Shown here: positions 42,597 to 53,648 of the stretch, piece by piece
How the letters are laid out: the number at the start of each line of letters is the position of its first letter
How positions within the stretch are numbered: position 1 is the stretch's first letter
Origin: Candidatus Cloacimonadales bacterium
Lineage (GTDB): Bacteria > Cloacimonadota > Cloacimonadia > Cloacimonadales > DAONDQ01
Direction of reading: 5' to 3'
DNA length: 64,000 nucleotides
Assembly: GCA_963662275.1 (NCBI GenBank)
Contig: OY759316.1
Coordinates: 1,792,001 to 1,856,000, forward strand
The notes under the pieces: model-generated
Database searches by the model: none
What the model saw: the letters and a program-made list of their open reading frames with translations, nothing else
Told to the model about the DNA's origin: nothing
Position numbers and translations under genes: made by a program

Positions 42597-45500
42597 ATGT
42601 CAGACACAGATTCAAAAAAAGATATCCAATCTGCAATAACTGCATTCTCTACGGGGAGTCTGTTCGATAACACCATGGCACTATTTCATACATTAGGTTA
42701 CAATACAAATAGACAAAATCCATTATCCCAAAATACCTATACCTGTTTCAAAGATACATTTATTCCATCAGATTGTCGCTTTAATGAAGATAAGGCATTA
42801 GCAAATACGGATTGGAAAAGCATAGATTTACAATTTCAACTGACAACAGAAGAATTATCGGATGATTTATTTCAATTTACGAACAAGAAAGTAAATAATA
42901 GAGACATTCAATCCTATCTGTTCATTGCCGTTGAACTCTTGAAATCTGAATACGCGCGTACAGCATTGGCACAAATCACACGTGAAATCAATAAAGTTTT
43001 ACCATGCCAGTGATGGTATTATTCAAATACGATGATAATCTCACATTATCAGTTATCAACCGCAGGCAGCATAAGAAAGATGCCCAGAAGGATGTGCTGG
43101 AAAAAGTCACTTTAATTCAAGGTATTTCAATCTCCCACCCACATCGTGCCCATGTTGAGATCCTATTTGATCTTTCACTGGATGAACTCAGGAGAGTCTA
43201 CAAGTGTTCCAATTTTGTCGAGTTGGATAATGCCTGGCAGAAAACACTTGATATAAAAGAATTGAATAAAAGATTTTATGAGGAATTATCGAATTGGTAT
43301 TTCTGGGCAATTAAGGAAGTTACTTTCCCTGGATTAGAGATAGAAAGTGACAAGGATTCAGCATTTTTGCAAGAGGATGCAATTCATGATCATAACGCGA
43401 AAAATCTAATTCGCTTATTAACACGACTTCTATTTGTTTGGTTTTTTAAAGAGAAGCATCTGATACCTGAAGAGATTTTTGATGAAAAGTATATAGATAA
43501 ACAACTAATATATGGCTTTGAAGCTTGTCATTTATCTGAGAGTAAGCCTGAAATGCAAAAGGATAGATATTATCGTGCAATTTTGCAGAATTTATTTTTT
43601 GCTACCTTGAATCAATATGTTGGTAAACGTTCTTTCCGATTAGATAGTCAACAAATGAATATCACAAATCTTATGCGTTACAAGAGTTATTTTAGAAACC
43701 CTCTTGAATTCATAATTATGCTTGATAACATGGTTCCTTTTATTAACGGAGGTCTGTTCGAAAGTTTGGATCATCCTGATTCATCAATTAAAGGGAAACT
43801 TGGAGGTGATTTTATAATTTATCAAGATGGATTTTCAGATCGAAAAGACAATATCTTGAATGTACCTGATTTCCTATTTTTTGCTAAAGAAGTTCATGTA
43901 GATCTTTCAGGAGAATTGCGAGACAAGAAAAAGAAGGATGTAGAAGTGAGTGGAATTATCTGCATCCTTAAAAAATATAAATTTACTGTAACCGAGAATA
44001 CACCAATTGAAGAGGATGTAGCTCTCGACCCTGAATTATTAGGAAGAGTCTTTGAAAGTCTACTTGCCAGTTACAATCCTGAGACAAAAGTCACTGCTAG
44101 AAAACAAACTGGAAGTTTCTATACCCCAAGAGAAATCGTTGATTATATGGTTGATGAATCACTGAAATCATATTTAAAACAAAAACTAATCACATTTACA
44201 AAAATGAATTCGGAAGATGCTGATATTGGTTTAGAATTCCTATTAGGTTATTATGAAAAGGAACATCTTTTTAACCTTGAAGAAACCAAAGTACTTATAG
44301 AAGCAATTGATGAATGCAAAATACTTGATCCCGCCTGTGGCTCAGGTGCATTCCCGATGGGTATATTACATAAATTTGTTCATATTTTGCATAAACTTGA
44401 TCCTTTTAATAAACTATGGAAAGAAAGGCAGATAACTAAAGCTCTGAAAATTGATGATCCTCAAATTAGGGATAATGCTGTTGAAGAGATCGAGCTTGCA
44501 TTTAATAGTATTGAGCTGGATTATGGACGTAAACTATTTCTGATTGAAAACTGTATTTATGGTGTAGATATACAACCAATTGCTATACAAATAAGCAAAT
44601 TACGTTTCTTAATTTCACTAATCGTAGACCAGAGACCTGAAAAGGGTAAAAGTAACTTTGGTATTCGTCCCTTGCCTAACTTGGAAACTAATTTTGTAGC
44701 AGCAAATACTTTAATAAGAATTGAAAAGCAAACGGAAAAACAAGATCTATTTGCTAATGATGAAATTAGAGAATATGAGAAACAACTTGAAGATATTAGG
44801 CATAATATCTTTTCTGCTAAGACACCTTCTGATAAAAGAGATTTCAAGGAACAAGATAAGTCAATAAGAGTTAAAATGTCTCTAAAGCTTGAAGAATTGA
44901 TGAATGATGAATGTATAAGTTTTGTATCTAAAAGTAAAGAGTCTCTTAAAATAGAATATTACAAGGATATGATTCATAAACACGGGGAAACCCCGGAGTA
45001 TTTAAAAGAAATAAAAAAACTCAAGGATAAATTGAGCAAATCAACAGATGTTTTGCAAGAAGTCAATAGAGAAAATGCACATAAGTTAGCATCCTGGGAT
45101 CCATATAATCAAAATAAAAGCGGTCAGTTTTTCGACCCAGAATGGATGTATGGCATAACTGAAGGGTTTGATGTGATGATTGGCAATCCCCCGTATATTA
45201 GTGCATTAGATTTCTCAAAAATATATAGTAAAAAACTCAGAGAAATTTATAATAATCAATTTCACTCAGCGAAGGGATCATATGATTATTATGTCCTATT
45301 TTTTGAACAAGGACTATCATTATGTAAAAAAGAAGCTATTTTATGCTTTATAACACCAAACAAATACCTTGCAGCAAAGTATGCAGAAGCGCTTCGTGCT
45401 TGGATTCTACAAAATGCGTCATTAGTTAAGATACTAGATGTATCAAAAATACCTGTTTTTGAAGAAGTTTCTGTTTACCCAATTATCTCAGTTTTAAAGA

Positions 45501-46537
45501 AATGTAATGAGCAAAAGAGTATCGTAGAATCGGTTTTACCCAAGCCAATACAATCAGATATATTAGACCTCGATGACTACGAAAAATACATGATACCTCA
45601 TGAATTACTTTCAAAATTACCAGAAAACATTTGGGGGTTTTTGTTATCTAGAAATTTCGATATGTTAAATCCGATTATGCGACATACAAAACCATTAGAT
45701 GAATTTGGTGAAGTTAATGCAACTACTACAGCCTCAGAAGCAGATGAATATGGTAAAATGTTAACTAATAATGAGACAATAAACTCAAAAAAAGTAATAA
45801 ACACTGGAACAATAGAACCATATGTTTCTCAATGGGGGATTAGTAGTATGACTGATTCTGGGCAATCTTTCCTAACACCGTACTTGACTTTGGACGATAC
45901 TTTAATTAATCAAAGGCGTATTGATATGTATTGTTCTCCTAAAGTAATCTATGCAAAGATTGCTAAATCATGTGAAGCTGTTGTTGATATAAACTCTGAA
46001 TATGCCTCACTTAACACAAATTGCTTTTATAATCCCAAAAAGGATATTACAATTGAATATGTAGGAGCAATAAGCAATTCAAAACTCTTTATGTTCATAT
46101 ATGATTTATTCTTCGGTGCATTAAGAATGAGCGGTGGATATTATCAATTTCAAGCTCCACAATTACGAGTTATCCCAATCGCTGATAATAGTTCAAAACC
46201 TTCTGCACTTTTCGATCAAATTGTAAGAATAATGATGTTGTGTATCCATCATAAAATTGCGATAAAAATAATGTTCTTCTCTGATCTAATCAACGCTATG
46301 GTTTACGAACTCTATTTCCCGGAAGAGATCAAATCAGCAGATGCAGAAGTGTTGAAGCATTTAACAAATCTGCCTGAGTTGAAAGACGAATGGAGTGATC
46401 AGCAGAAGATGGAAGTTATAGAGAAGGTTTACCAGGAACTCTCTGATCCAAAGCATCCTGTATCAATTGCCATGGCGAAACAGAAGACGGTGCCGGAAGT
46501 GAGGATAATAGAGGGGCTGGAACGCCTCACCCCGTGA
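42597..46537 (+). pseudogene. Eco57I/type IIG-like N6-adenine DNA methyltransferase split by a 1-nt frameshift near 43000
   Basis: ILDPACGSGAF and IGNPPY motifs; one extra T at 42997-43000 joins both ORFs as REINKVFTMPVMVLFK (1313 aa). Confidence 0.75.
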
Positions 46538-46780
46538 GGTGGCACAGTGCACCCCGTGCGCTGTGAAGCCTTATGAACACTCGCAGTTTAGAATTAAGAA
46601 AAGACTTGAAAATAAATAGAAGCAAATCTAATTGTCATTGTTGTTTATCAGTTGAATGACTTGTAGCACATACTTCAGGATATAAGTCATTAGTGGCAAT
46701 TGCAAAATTAAGCTGAGTGATTTGCAGAAGATTTGAAACGCACGGGGTGCGTTTTGCCACCTGACGGGGTCAGGCGTTCC
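46519..46780. repeat. 42-bp inverted repeat pair (REPIN/MITE-like)
   Basis: ggaacgcctcaccccgtgaggtggcac...cgtgcg 46519-60 versus inverted copy 46739-80; another copy near 50654. Confidence 0.85.
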
Positions 46781-46917
46781 GATGAAGCATCCTGTATCTA
46801 TTGCCATGGGGAATCAGAAGATTGTACCGGAGGTGATGAGAATAGAGGGGTTGGAAGAGACAATTAAAAGTAAAAATCAAAAATTGCAGAAGTGTGCAGT
46901 CAAATTATGGAGGTTGT

Positions 46918-47892
46918 ATGATAAATAACTGGTACGATCCCAATAAAAGAATGTATGGCAACCCGGAAATTTATAGACTGATAAGTGACTATCTGGAAAA
47001 GAGATATGATGGGATTGAACAAATCCATAAAACATGGAAAAAACAGATCGGGACTCTCCTTTTAAGTCTATCTGCATTTAAACTCTCTACAAATGAAATA
47101 AATAGCTCCATCATTAAGAACAGCAGGATGTCTATCAATGTTCCTATAGAAATTGTGCGGTTGGGAATAAATGATATAATGAAAGTTCTGGGAATGAACG
47201 ATGTGGTAGAATTATGGAAAGCGATTATAGTTCCCAAAATTAAATCAGCAGGAACAGGAATTAGATTACTGGAAGATTATTGGGATCTGTTTGCTGGGGA
47301 ATTAGATTCTGCTGACTTTGATATTAGAAAAGGTCATGTATCTTCACTATATAAACTTATTCAGTCATTAAGAAGCATCAATACAGAAGAAATGCTCAAC
47401 CATTTATTGAAAGAAGAAGATATTGCCGGACAAGTCAGAGACTTTCTCGGTGTCTATTTTCATAGAGATTCAAGTCAGAGAATCGAACTATATGCTGAAA
47501 AAATAATAATCTCCGCTGAATTACTTGGAGTTGGGGTTGAAGCCCTTACTTTCGTCGTCTTAGTCCACGAAATGACACATGCATATACAATATCGGGTTT
47601 TGATTTAAATGGTGACCAAGGTCAAATAAAAGGAAAATGCTGCGACAAAAATATTGTAGAAGGGGTGGCGCAATTCTATACTGATGCTATTTGTAGACAA
47701 ATGGAGGATAGAATTCCTGGAGTATATAGCGCTTTTTCTAAACTTATGAATTTTCAACCCTCACCTTATACAAGACATCGACAATGGTTCATTCCATTTG
47801 CTTATAATCACGAAAAGGTTAGAAAAGCTTTTCTACTTTACAGGAATAACCCCGATTTGCATTCGCTTGACTTTGAGAAGGCTCTTCATTAG
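46918..47892 (+). CDS. Hypothetical protein with HExxH zinc-metallopeptidase motif
   Basis: GGAGG RBS; VLVHEMTHAY with downstream VEGVAQFY. Confidence 0.6.
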   Translation: MINNWYDPNKRMYGNPEIYRLISDYLEKRYDGIEQIHKTWKKQIGTLLLSLSAFKLSTNEINSSIIKNSRMSINVPIEIVRLGINDIMKVLGMNDVVELWKAIIVPKIKSAGTGIRLLEDYWDLFAGELDSADFDIRKGHVSSLYKLIQSLRSINTEEMLNHLLKEEDIAGQVRDFLGVYFHRDSSQRIELYAEKIIISAELLGVGVEALTFVVLVHEMTHAYTISGFDLNGDQGQIKGKCCDKNIVEGVAQFYTDAICRQMEDRIPGVYSAFSKLMNFQPSPYTRHRQWFIPFAYNHEKVRKAFLLYRNNPDLHSLDFEKALH

Positions 47893-48056
47893 TTGATTAA
47901 CTTTATAAAATCAAGTAGGATACAAACAAAATGTACAGAAGATAATAAATTTGAATTGAAATTCAGTCAGAGAATAAAAAAATATGTGTTTTTAATTAGC
48001 AGGAGGGAAGATGTCGGTTAAATTATTGCTTGACGAGTTTACCCATAGGTTAACTT

Positions 48057-48482
48057 ATGGGGCGTAGTTACACAGAAATTCCGTTGGATGGATTTCGAAA
48101 GGAATTCAATATTGCAGATAAAAGAGTAACATTGTATGTTGATGATTTGAATTCTGAAGAGATCTTTGAAGTCTTGGCAACTTATATTAAGCATTTTAAT
48201 GTTGTTTTGTTTTGGTTATTGAAAGGAGTTAACACCTATAATGATGATCATTATGGAGATGAAAGCATATCTGCTGAAACCAAGGGAATTAAGGCAATGA
48301 AGTTCAAAACAGGGAAAGGTCAGAACTATCGTATCTATTGCCGCGAGTTTTTTAATTCGGATAAAACAAAAAAGAAAGTAATTATGTCATATGCCTTTCA
48401 TAAGAAATCGGAAGGCATGGATAAAAAGTTGATAAATCTACTCAAAGCAATTGGGGAGTATGATTATGAAATCACATGGTAA
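48057..48482 (+). CDS. RelE/HigB-like toxin
   Basis: Small basic protein; IKAMKF...NYRIYC...AFHKKS pattern; directly upstream of an HTH gene. Confidence 0.65.
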   Translation: MGRSYTEIPLDGFRKEFNIADKRVTLYVDDLNSEEIFEVLATYIKHFNVVLFWLLKGVNTYNDDHYGDESISAETKGIKAMKFKTGKGQNYRIYCREFFNSDKTKKKVIMSYAFHKKSEGMDKKLINLLKAIGEYDYEITW

Positions 48483-48912
48483 AAAAATAGATCTGCAGGA
48501 TAAACTTTCAAAACTTCTTGAACCAACTGATATCAACGATCAAATCAAAGTCAAAGAAATGATCATCAATTCAGTCATCATGGAACAAATTGACTTTTAC
48601 TTGAAAGACAAGGGTCTAAACAGATCAGATCTGGCTAAAATACTTGGTGTTTCCAAGTCCTATGTGAGCCAGCTATTCAGTTGTAATAAAACAATCAACC
48701 TTAACATGATCGCTGCCATTGAAAAGCATCTTGATCTGAGTTTTTTTATCAAGATCACTCCACCACTTTATTCAACATTCTGTGAAACAGAGCCTTTGAA
48801 TGAAGGGTTTTGGAAACAGGTGGATGTGGTTCGTGACATTGTAGAGCCGAGTGACCAAGATCAATTCAAAAAATTGCCGAAACGAGCAATTAATTTTAAT
48901 GGGGAGAGTTAA
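48466..48912 (+). CDS. HigA-like XRE HTH antitoxin with C-terminal extension
   Basis: GLNRSDLAKILGVSKSYVSQLFS...NLNMIAAI; about 50-aa tail; GGGGAG RBS before ATG 48466. Confidence 0.8.
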   Translation: MKSHGKKIDLQDKLSKLLEPTDINDQIKVKEMIINSVIMEQIDFYLKDKGLNRSDLAKILGVSKSYVSQLFSCNKTINLNMIAAIEKHLDLSFFIKITPPLYSTFCETEPLNEGFWKQVDVVRDIVEPSDQDQFKKLPKRAINFNGES

Positions 48913-48915
48913 TTC

Positions 48916-49365
48916 ATGGATATACTACGTTCAGAATTAGACTTAAAGGATTTTGTAGTACTAAAGTGCAACTTTGAGTCGATCTTTCCTGAAAAAGAAG
49001 CAGTAGAAGCTTCAAAAGCTTTAAAAGATTTGCCCGTGGATATTGATTTCAATCTCTTTCAAAATGAGAAATCAAATGAATTTCGAATCGTTATTGATGT
49101 TAAGATCAACTGCAATGAAGAGAAGTTGCCAGGTTATACAATAGTAGCGAAAGCAGCTTCAAGATTTGATTTAAATATTATTGAAGAGAATCCGGAAGAT
49201 AAGAAGAACGGATTGATTAACTCAGCAGTTCAAATTACAATAAACTCTGTACGAGGATATCTGTGGAGTGGGACTTCATTCGGAATCTATGGCAGATATA
49301 CATTGCCAACAATCAATCTACCAGCATTGATGAAGGCTAAAGTCGATCAGAAAGAGAAGAAATAG
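48916..49365 (+). CDS. SecB-like chaperone
   Basis: 149 aa, beta-rich N-half, NSAVQI...VRGYL..GTS...YTLPTINL C-terminus typical of the SecB fold. Confidence 0.7.
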   Translation: MDILRSELDLKDFVVLKCNFESIFPEKEAVEASKALKDLPVDIDFNLFQNEKSNEFRIVIDVKINCNEEKLPGYTIVAKAASRFDLNIIEENPEDKKNGLINSAVQITINSVRGYLWSGTSFGIYGRYTLPTINLPALMKAKVDQKEKK

Positions 49366-49677
49366 CAGAAAGATGGAAGATATAAGATTGGCAGAGTTTG
49401 CAGGATTTGAGATAGAAATTTCCTCTTGACTCATTCACTAAAGAAGGAAACAATACTTAATATACAGCATGGGAAGATACATAGCACATCCGGGGGTAAA
49501 GAAATGGCAAAGAATCAAATAAAAGAACCCTCCATTCAATACAAGCATAGTTGTACACTTTGAAATTGGAAATTGAAAACCTCTATTCTGAATTACAAGA
49601 AAATGAGAAGTTATCTGATGAATGGGCAAAATACAAATTTACGTTACAAAGTATAATAATAAAGCACTGCGAATAAC

Positions 49678-49827
49678 GCTCAATTTAGCACGAATCAGAT
49701 ACTGAAAGTATGCCAGGATAAGCTTGAAATTGAATTCAAGAGAACCAAAGAGTATAATGGCTGGTATGTATTGGATGAGAAACGTATTTGCCCTATTACC
49801 ATCCCGAAAGGCAGAAAAGCAGACTAG
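49678..49827 (+). pseudogene. Start-less fragment resembling a HicA-like toxin
   Basis: AQFSTNQILKVCQDKLEIEFKRTKEYNGWYVLDEKRICPITIPKGRKAD*; ends at a repeat element. Confidence 0.35.
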
Positions 49828-50446
49828 ATCAAACTCATCCGTCACTTCGTGCCACCTTCTCTTTATCCAAAGAGAAGGAGAAATTTAGATTATTTTCATT
49901 TTTTTAAAAATAAATCGAAATGCTCCCTCGATTTGGGCAAAATGCTCCCTCCTATATATATATGAGAGGACTTTTTCAAAAGTGCGAAGTTCGAAGTGCG
50001 AAGTTCGAAGGAGCAGAGCAGAAAGTTCGAAGTTCGTCAGATGAAGGACTCCCGAAATAAATTAAAAGAGGAAATGAAAATGAAACCCAAATTCAATCAC
50101 ATACAGCCAGATAGTGCGAAGTACGAAATTCGAAGTACGAAGTTGAAGAAAAGAAAAAATGAAGTACAGACAAAGTCAAAGAGATTGGTTTCATTTAGCT
50201 GTTTTTTTAGAAGCTACTATAATGGATGTAATTTCGTTCATTTCGTTGTACAATTGAGTTAATTGAGGTTCATCAGAACATCCTAATTCTTTCAATAATT
50301 CCAACCAATACAAATTGGTAATTCTTACTTCACACTTCGCACTTCGCACTTCATTAATGTGTTATTTAACTTCCATCATTCATCTGCATAATGACTATAT
50401 TGAAATGGATGGGCATAAAGAAATGGAGATAATAATAAAGCATTGA

Positions 50447-50547
50447 AGAGCATAGCCGTTTGAAAACAGCGTTCCATTGTTGAAGAGCATAGCCGTTTGA
50501 AAACAGCGTTCCATTGTTGCAGAGAATAGCCGTTTGAAAACAGCGTT
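50447..50547. repeat. Three tandem 37-bp units
   Basis: agagcatagccgtttgaaaacagcgttcc at 50447, 50484, 50521; inverted copy at 61441-61466. Confidence 0.85.
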
Positions 50548-51066
50548 ACGTTATAATGCCACCCCTAAAAGGGTTTGGGAATTGGGATGTGCCGCATGTT
50601 TCCTGAGGTTCCACTTCGTTCCACCACAGGCTATCGGATTTAGAACAGCAGTCGGAACGCCTCACCCCGTGAGGTGGCAAAACGCACCCCGTGCGTTTAT
50701 AACTCCCCTCTAATGTGATTTCATCATCCAGGATTGCAAATCAGAGGATAAACACATAGGTTTATCCCTACATGCTGCATTGCAAGAATGACATTGACAA
50801 AAAAGTTAAACTAACCACATATGACACCAGATATGTATTTATCTATAAATTACAAGGAGTTAGTGACATGATGATTAACAATTAAAGTTCAGCTGCTTTC
50901 CTTTCATTTATTATAAACCAAGAAAAATAATACTTTCTTTGAATATAAATTGGCATGGAAGTCGGCTGATAACGAGTTGATACCATGCTATTGTTTTATC
51001 CAGATGGATAACAGACTTGGGATCAGCTCTCAAGTCCGTTTTTTATTTGCATAAAAAGGAGATTTT

Positions 51067-52401
51067 ATGAACCACATACACGACCCGAACTTTTTTGAGA
51101 AAGAATTTGATCCCGCAACTGATACATTAGACCTTAATCGTGTGCTCCTGACCGGCATATGCCTGGATAAGGATAATTTCGATGAATCCCTGGCATCTTT
51201 GGATGAGTTGGAGAGACTAGTTGATACAGCAGGATTGGTATCTGCCGGTAAAATGCTGCAGCGTAGGAAGAAGCCTGACCAGACCACTTATGTGGGGAAG
51301 GGTTATGCTGAATTACTGAAAGCTGAAATGCTGGAAAAAAGGGCAAGCATGCTTGTCTTTGATAATGAATTAGCTCCCAAGCAATCGCAGAACCTGGAAA
51401 AGATGCTGGATGTGAAAGTGATAGACCGTACAGAAATCATCCTGCAGATCTTTCATCAGCATGCTCGGACAGGAGAAGCTAAGTTACAGGTGAAATTAGC
51501 GGAACTGAAGTATCAGTTACCCCGTTTAAAGCAGTTATGGGGTCATTTTGACAGGGAGGCAGGTTCAGCCAGATCCGGTGGTGGTGGCAGTGCTACCAGA
51601 GGTATGGGTGAAAAGCAGCTTGAAATTGATAAGAGGCGTATTCGTAATGATATTTATAAGATCGAAAGATCATTAAACCAGATCATTTCTCAGAACGAAA
51701 CACAACGCAAACTGCGTCAATCCATGAAGAAGATATGTATCGTCGGTTATACCAATGCAGGGAAGTCAACACTATTTAATTATTTGACCCATGCAGGTGT
51801 ACTGATGGAAGATAAGCTTTTTGCAACTCTTGATTCAACAACACGTACGCTGAAAATCGAGAAGGGGGAAGAGGTTGCATTGTCAGATACCGTTGGCTTC
51901 ATTTCACGTCTTCCGCATCATCTTGTAGCTTCATTCAGGGCAACTTTGAAAGAAGTTGTGGATGCTGATTTACTGTTGCATATTGTAGATATTTCTGATT
52001 CCCGTCATCGAGTCTATATCCAGGAAGTCGATAAAGTCCTGGAACAGCTTAAAGCGGATCAGCTTCCCCAAATAATGATTGCGAACAAGATGGATAAACT
52101 GAGTATGGAACAATTGAAATTCCTGAAACATGCCAATAAGGAAGCTTGTTTCATTTCTTCAGTAACCGGTGATGGGATTCCTGAATTACTCAAATCTATC
52201 GATGAGCTGATGCATACCACTATCACTAAAGTCCTGTTAATTCCTTATACCGAACAGCGTATGGTACCGATACTTCATCAAAAGGCGAAGATCATATCCC
52301 AGGAATGTGAAGAGACAGGAACCAGGTTTATTGTGGAATTACACGCTGATGATGTGCAGAGGTTCGAGCAGTTTGAATTGAAAATTAAGAAGAAAAAATA
52401 G
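51067..52401 (+). CDS. hflX: GTPase HflX
   Basis: DRTEIILQIF, EAKLQV, GYTNAGKST, LFATLD, DTVGF, NKMD. Confidence 0.95.
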   Translation: MNHIHDPNFFEKEFDPATDTLDLNRVLLTGICLDKDNFDESLASLDELERLVDTAGLVSAGKMLQRRKKPDQTTYVGKGYAELLKAEMLEKRASMLVFDNELAPKQSQNLEKMLDVKVIDRTEIILQIFHQHARTGEAKLQVKLAELKYQLPRLKQLWGHFDREAGSARSGGGGSATRGMGEKQLEIDKRRIRNDIYKIERSLNQIISQNETQRKLRQSMKKICIVGYTNAGKSTLFNYLTHAGVLMEDKLFATLDSTTRTLKIEKGEEVALSDTVGFISRLPHHLVASFRATLKEVVDADLLLHIVDISDSRHRVYIQEVDKVLEQLKADQLPQIMIANKMDKLSMEQLKFLKHANKEACFISSVTGDGIPELLKSIDELMHTTITKVLLIPYTEQRMVPILHQKAKIISQECEETGTRFIVELHADDVQRFEQFELKIKKKK

Positions 52402-53635
52402 ATTGGAATAAAAGCATGAATGATAAACTAATCAAGATGATGATCGTAGCCCAGCCAATTATGTTCTGGATTGGTTTATTCACATACTTACCCATAATTT
52501 CCTTATTATTGACTAACAAGATCATGCACACGAGCACAATCGGCAGCAGAATACCATTAATGATCTGTGACCATAAACTGATTTTGACCAATGGAGCATT
52601 GGGAAGCATGATAATGGATGCTCCAATCACAATAATCCCGGTATAAAGCCAATAAAATTGAGGAGCTTCTTTCCATTTTTTATCAATACCCGCTTCAAAT
52701 CCGAAAGCTTCACAAACATAAAAAGCGGTAGCTACTGGTAAGATTGTGGCAGAGAATATAGAAGCGGAGAATAACCCGAAAGCAAATAATAGAGATGACA
52801 TTTCACCTGCCAGGGGTTTCAGGGCTAAGGCTGCATCTTTTGCTTCATGGATCGTTATGCCTTGAAGATGAAGTGTAGAAGCGCAGGCAACAATAATAAA
52901 GAATGCAACTACTACAGTCAGGATTGAACCAACAATCACGTCCATGACGGTATATTTATAATCCTCGATCTGCAATCTTTTTTCGATGACTGCTGATTGC
53001 ATGTAGAATTGCATCCAGGGAGCAATAGTAGTACCAATAATGCCGATAACGACTGATATTGATTGGAAATCCATATTCATCTGAGGTTTCACCAAAGAAG
53101 TTCCTATTTCCTGCCAATTCGGCTTTCCCAGGAGGGCAGAAACTACATAGGATAGCAATAGCGCACTTAATACAAGGAAGATACGTTCAGCTGATTTATA
53201 TGTACCTTTTACAACCATAATCCAGACAACAAAAGCGACAATAGGTATCCCAATATATTTGCTGATCCCAAATACCTGCATACTTCCTGCAACTCCGGCA
53301 AACTCAGTAGTAGTATTAAAAATATTCGATAACAGGATTGGTAAAAAGACAAAAAATGTAAGCTTAACACCAGCATGTTCACGGATTAGGTCAGCAAGAC
53401 CTTTTCCCGTTACAATACCCATCCTGGCATTCATTTCCTGGATTATGACTAATACAAAAAAAGCTGGGATCAGAGTCCAGAGCAGTTGGTATCCATAAAC
53501 CGCACCTGCAACACTATAAGTTGTAATTCCACCTGCATCATTATCAACACTACCTGTCACAATACCCGGTCCAAGGACAGCCAGGAAGATACCGACTTTC
53601 ATCCAGAAATTACGTTTCATAGGCTTTGATGTCAT
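52385..53635 (-). CDS. NRAMP-family divalent metal (probably Mg2+) transporter
   Basis: LGPGIVTGSVDNDAGGITTYS, GTTIAPW; multi-TM. Confidence 0.88.
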   Translation of the reverse strand: MTSKPMKRNFWMKVGIFLAVLGPGIVTGSVDNDAGGITTYSVAGAVYGYQLLWTLIPAFFVLVIIQEMNARMGIVTGKGLADLIREHAGVKLTFFVFLPILLSNIFNTTTEFAGVAGSMQVFGISKYIGIPIVAFVVWIMVVKGTYKSAERIFLVLSALLLSYVVSALLGKPNWQEIGTSLVKPQMNMDFQSISVVIGIIGTTIAPWMQFYMQSAVIEKRLQIEDYKYTVMDVIVGSILTVVVAFFIIVACASTLHLQGITIHEAKDAALALKPLAGEMSSLLFAFGLFSASIFSATILPVATAFYVCEAFGFEAGIDKKWKEAPQFYWLYTGIIVIGASIIMLPNAPLVKISLWSQIINGILLPIVLVCMILLVNNKEIMGKYVNKPIQNIIGWATIIILISLSFMLLFQSIFSS

Positions 53636-53648
53636 ATACTTCTCAAGT

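Noticed and set aside
46451..46856. Diversity-generating retroelement TR/VR pair
   Set aside because: Mismatches are not adenine-specific and no reverse transcriptase is present
49996..50262. 88-aa ORF
   Set aside because: Derived from heptamer repeats, low complexity
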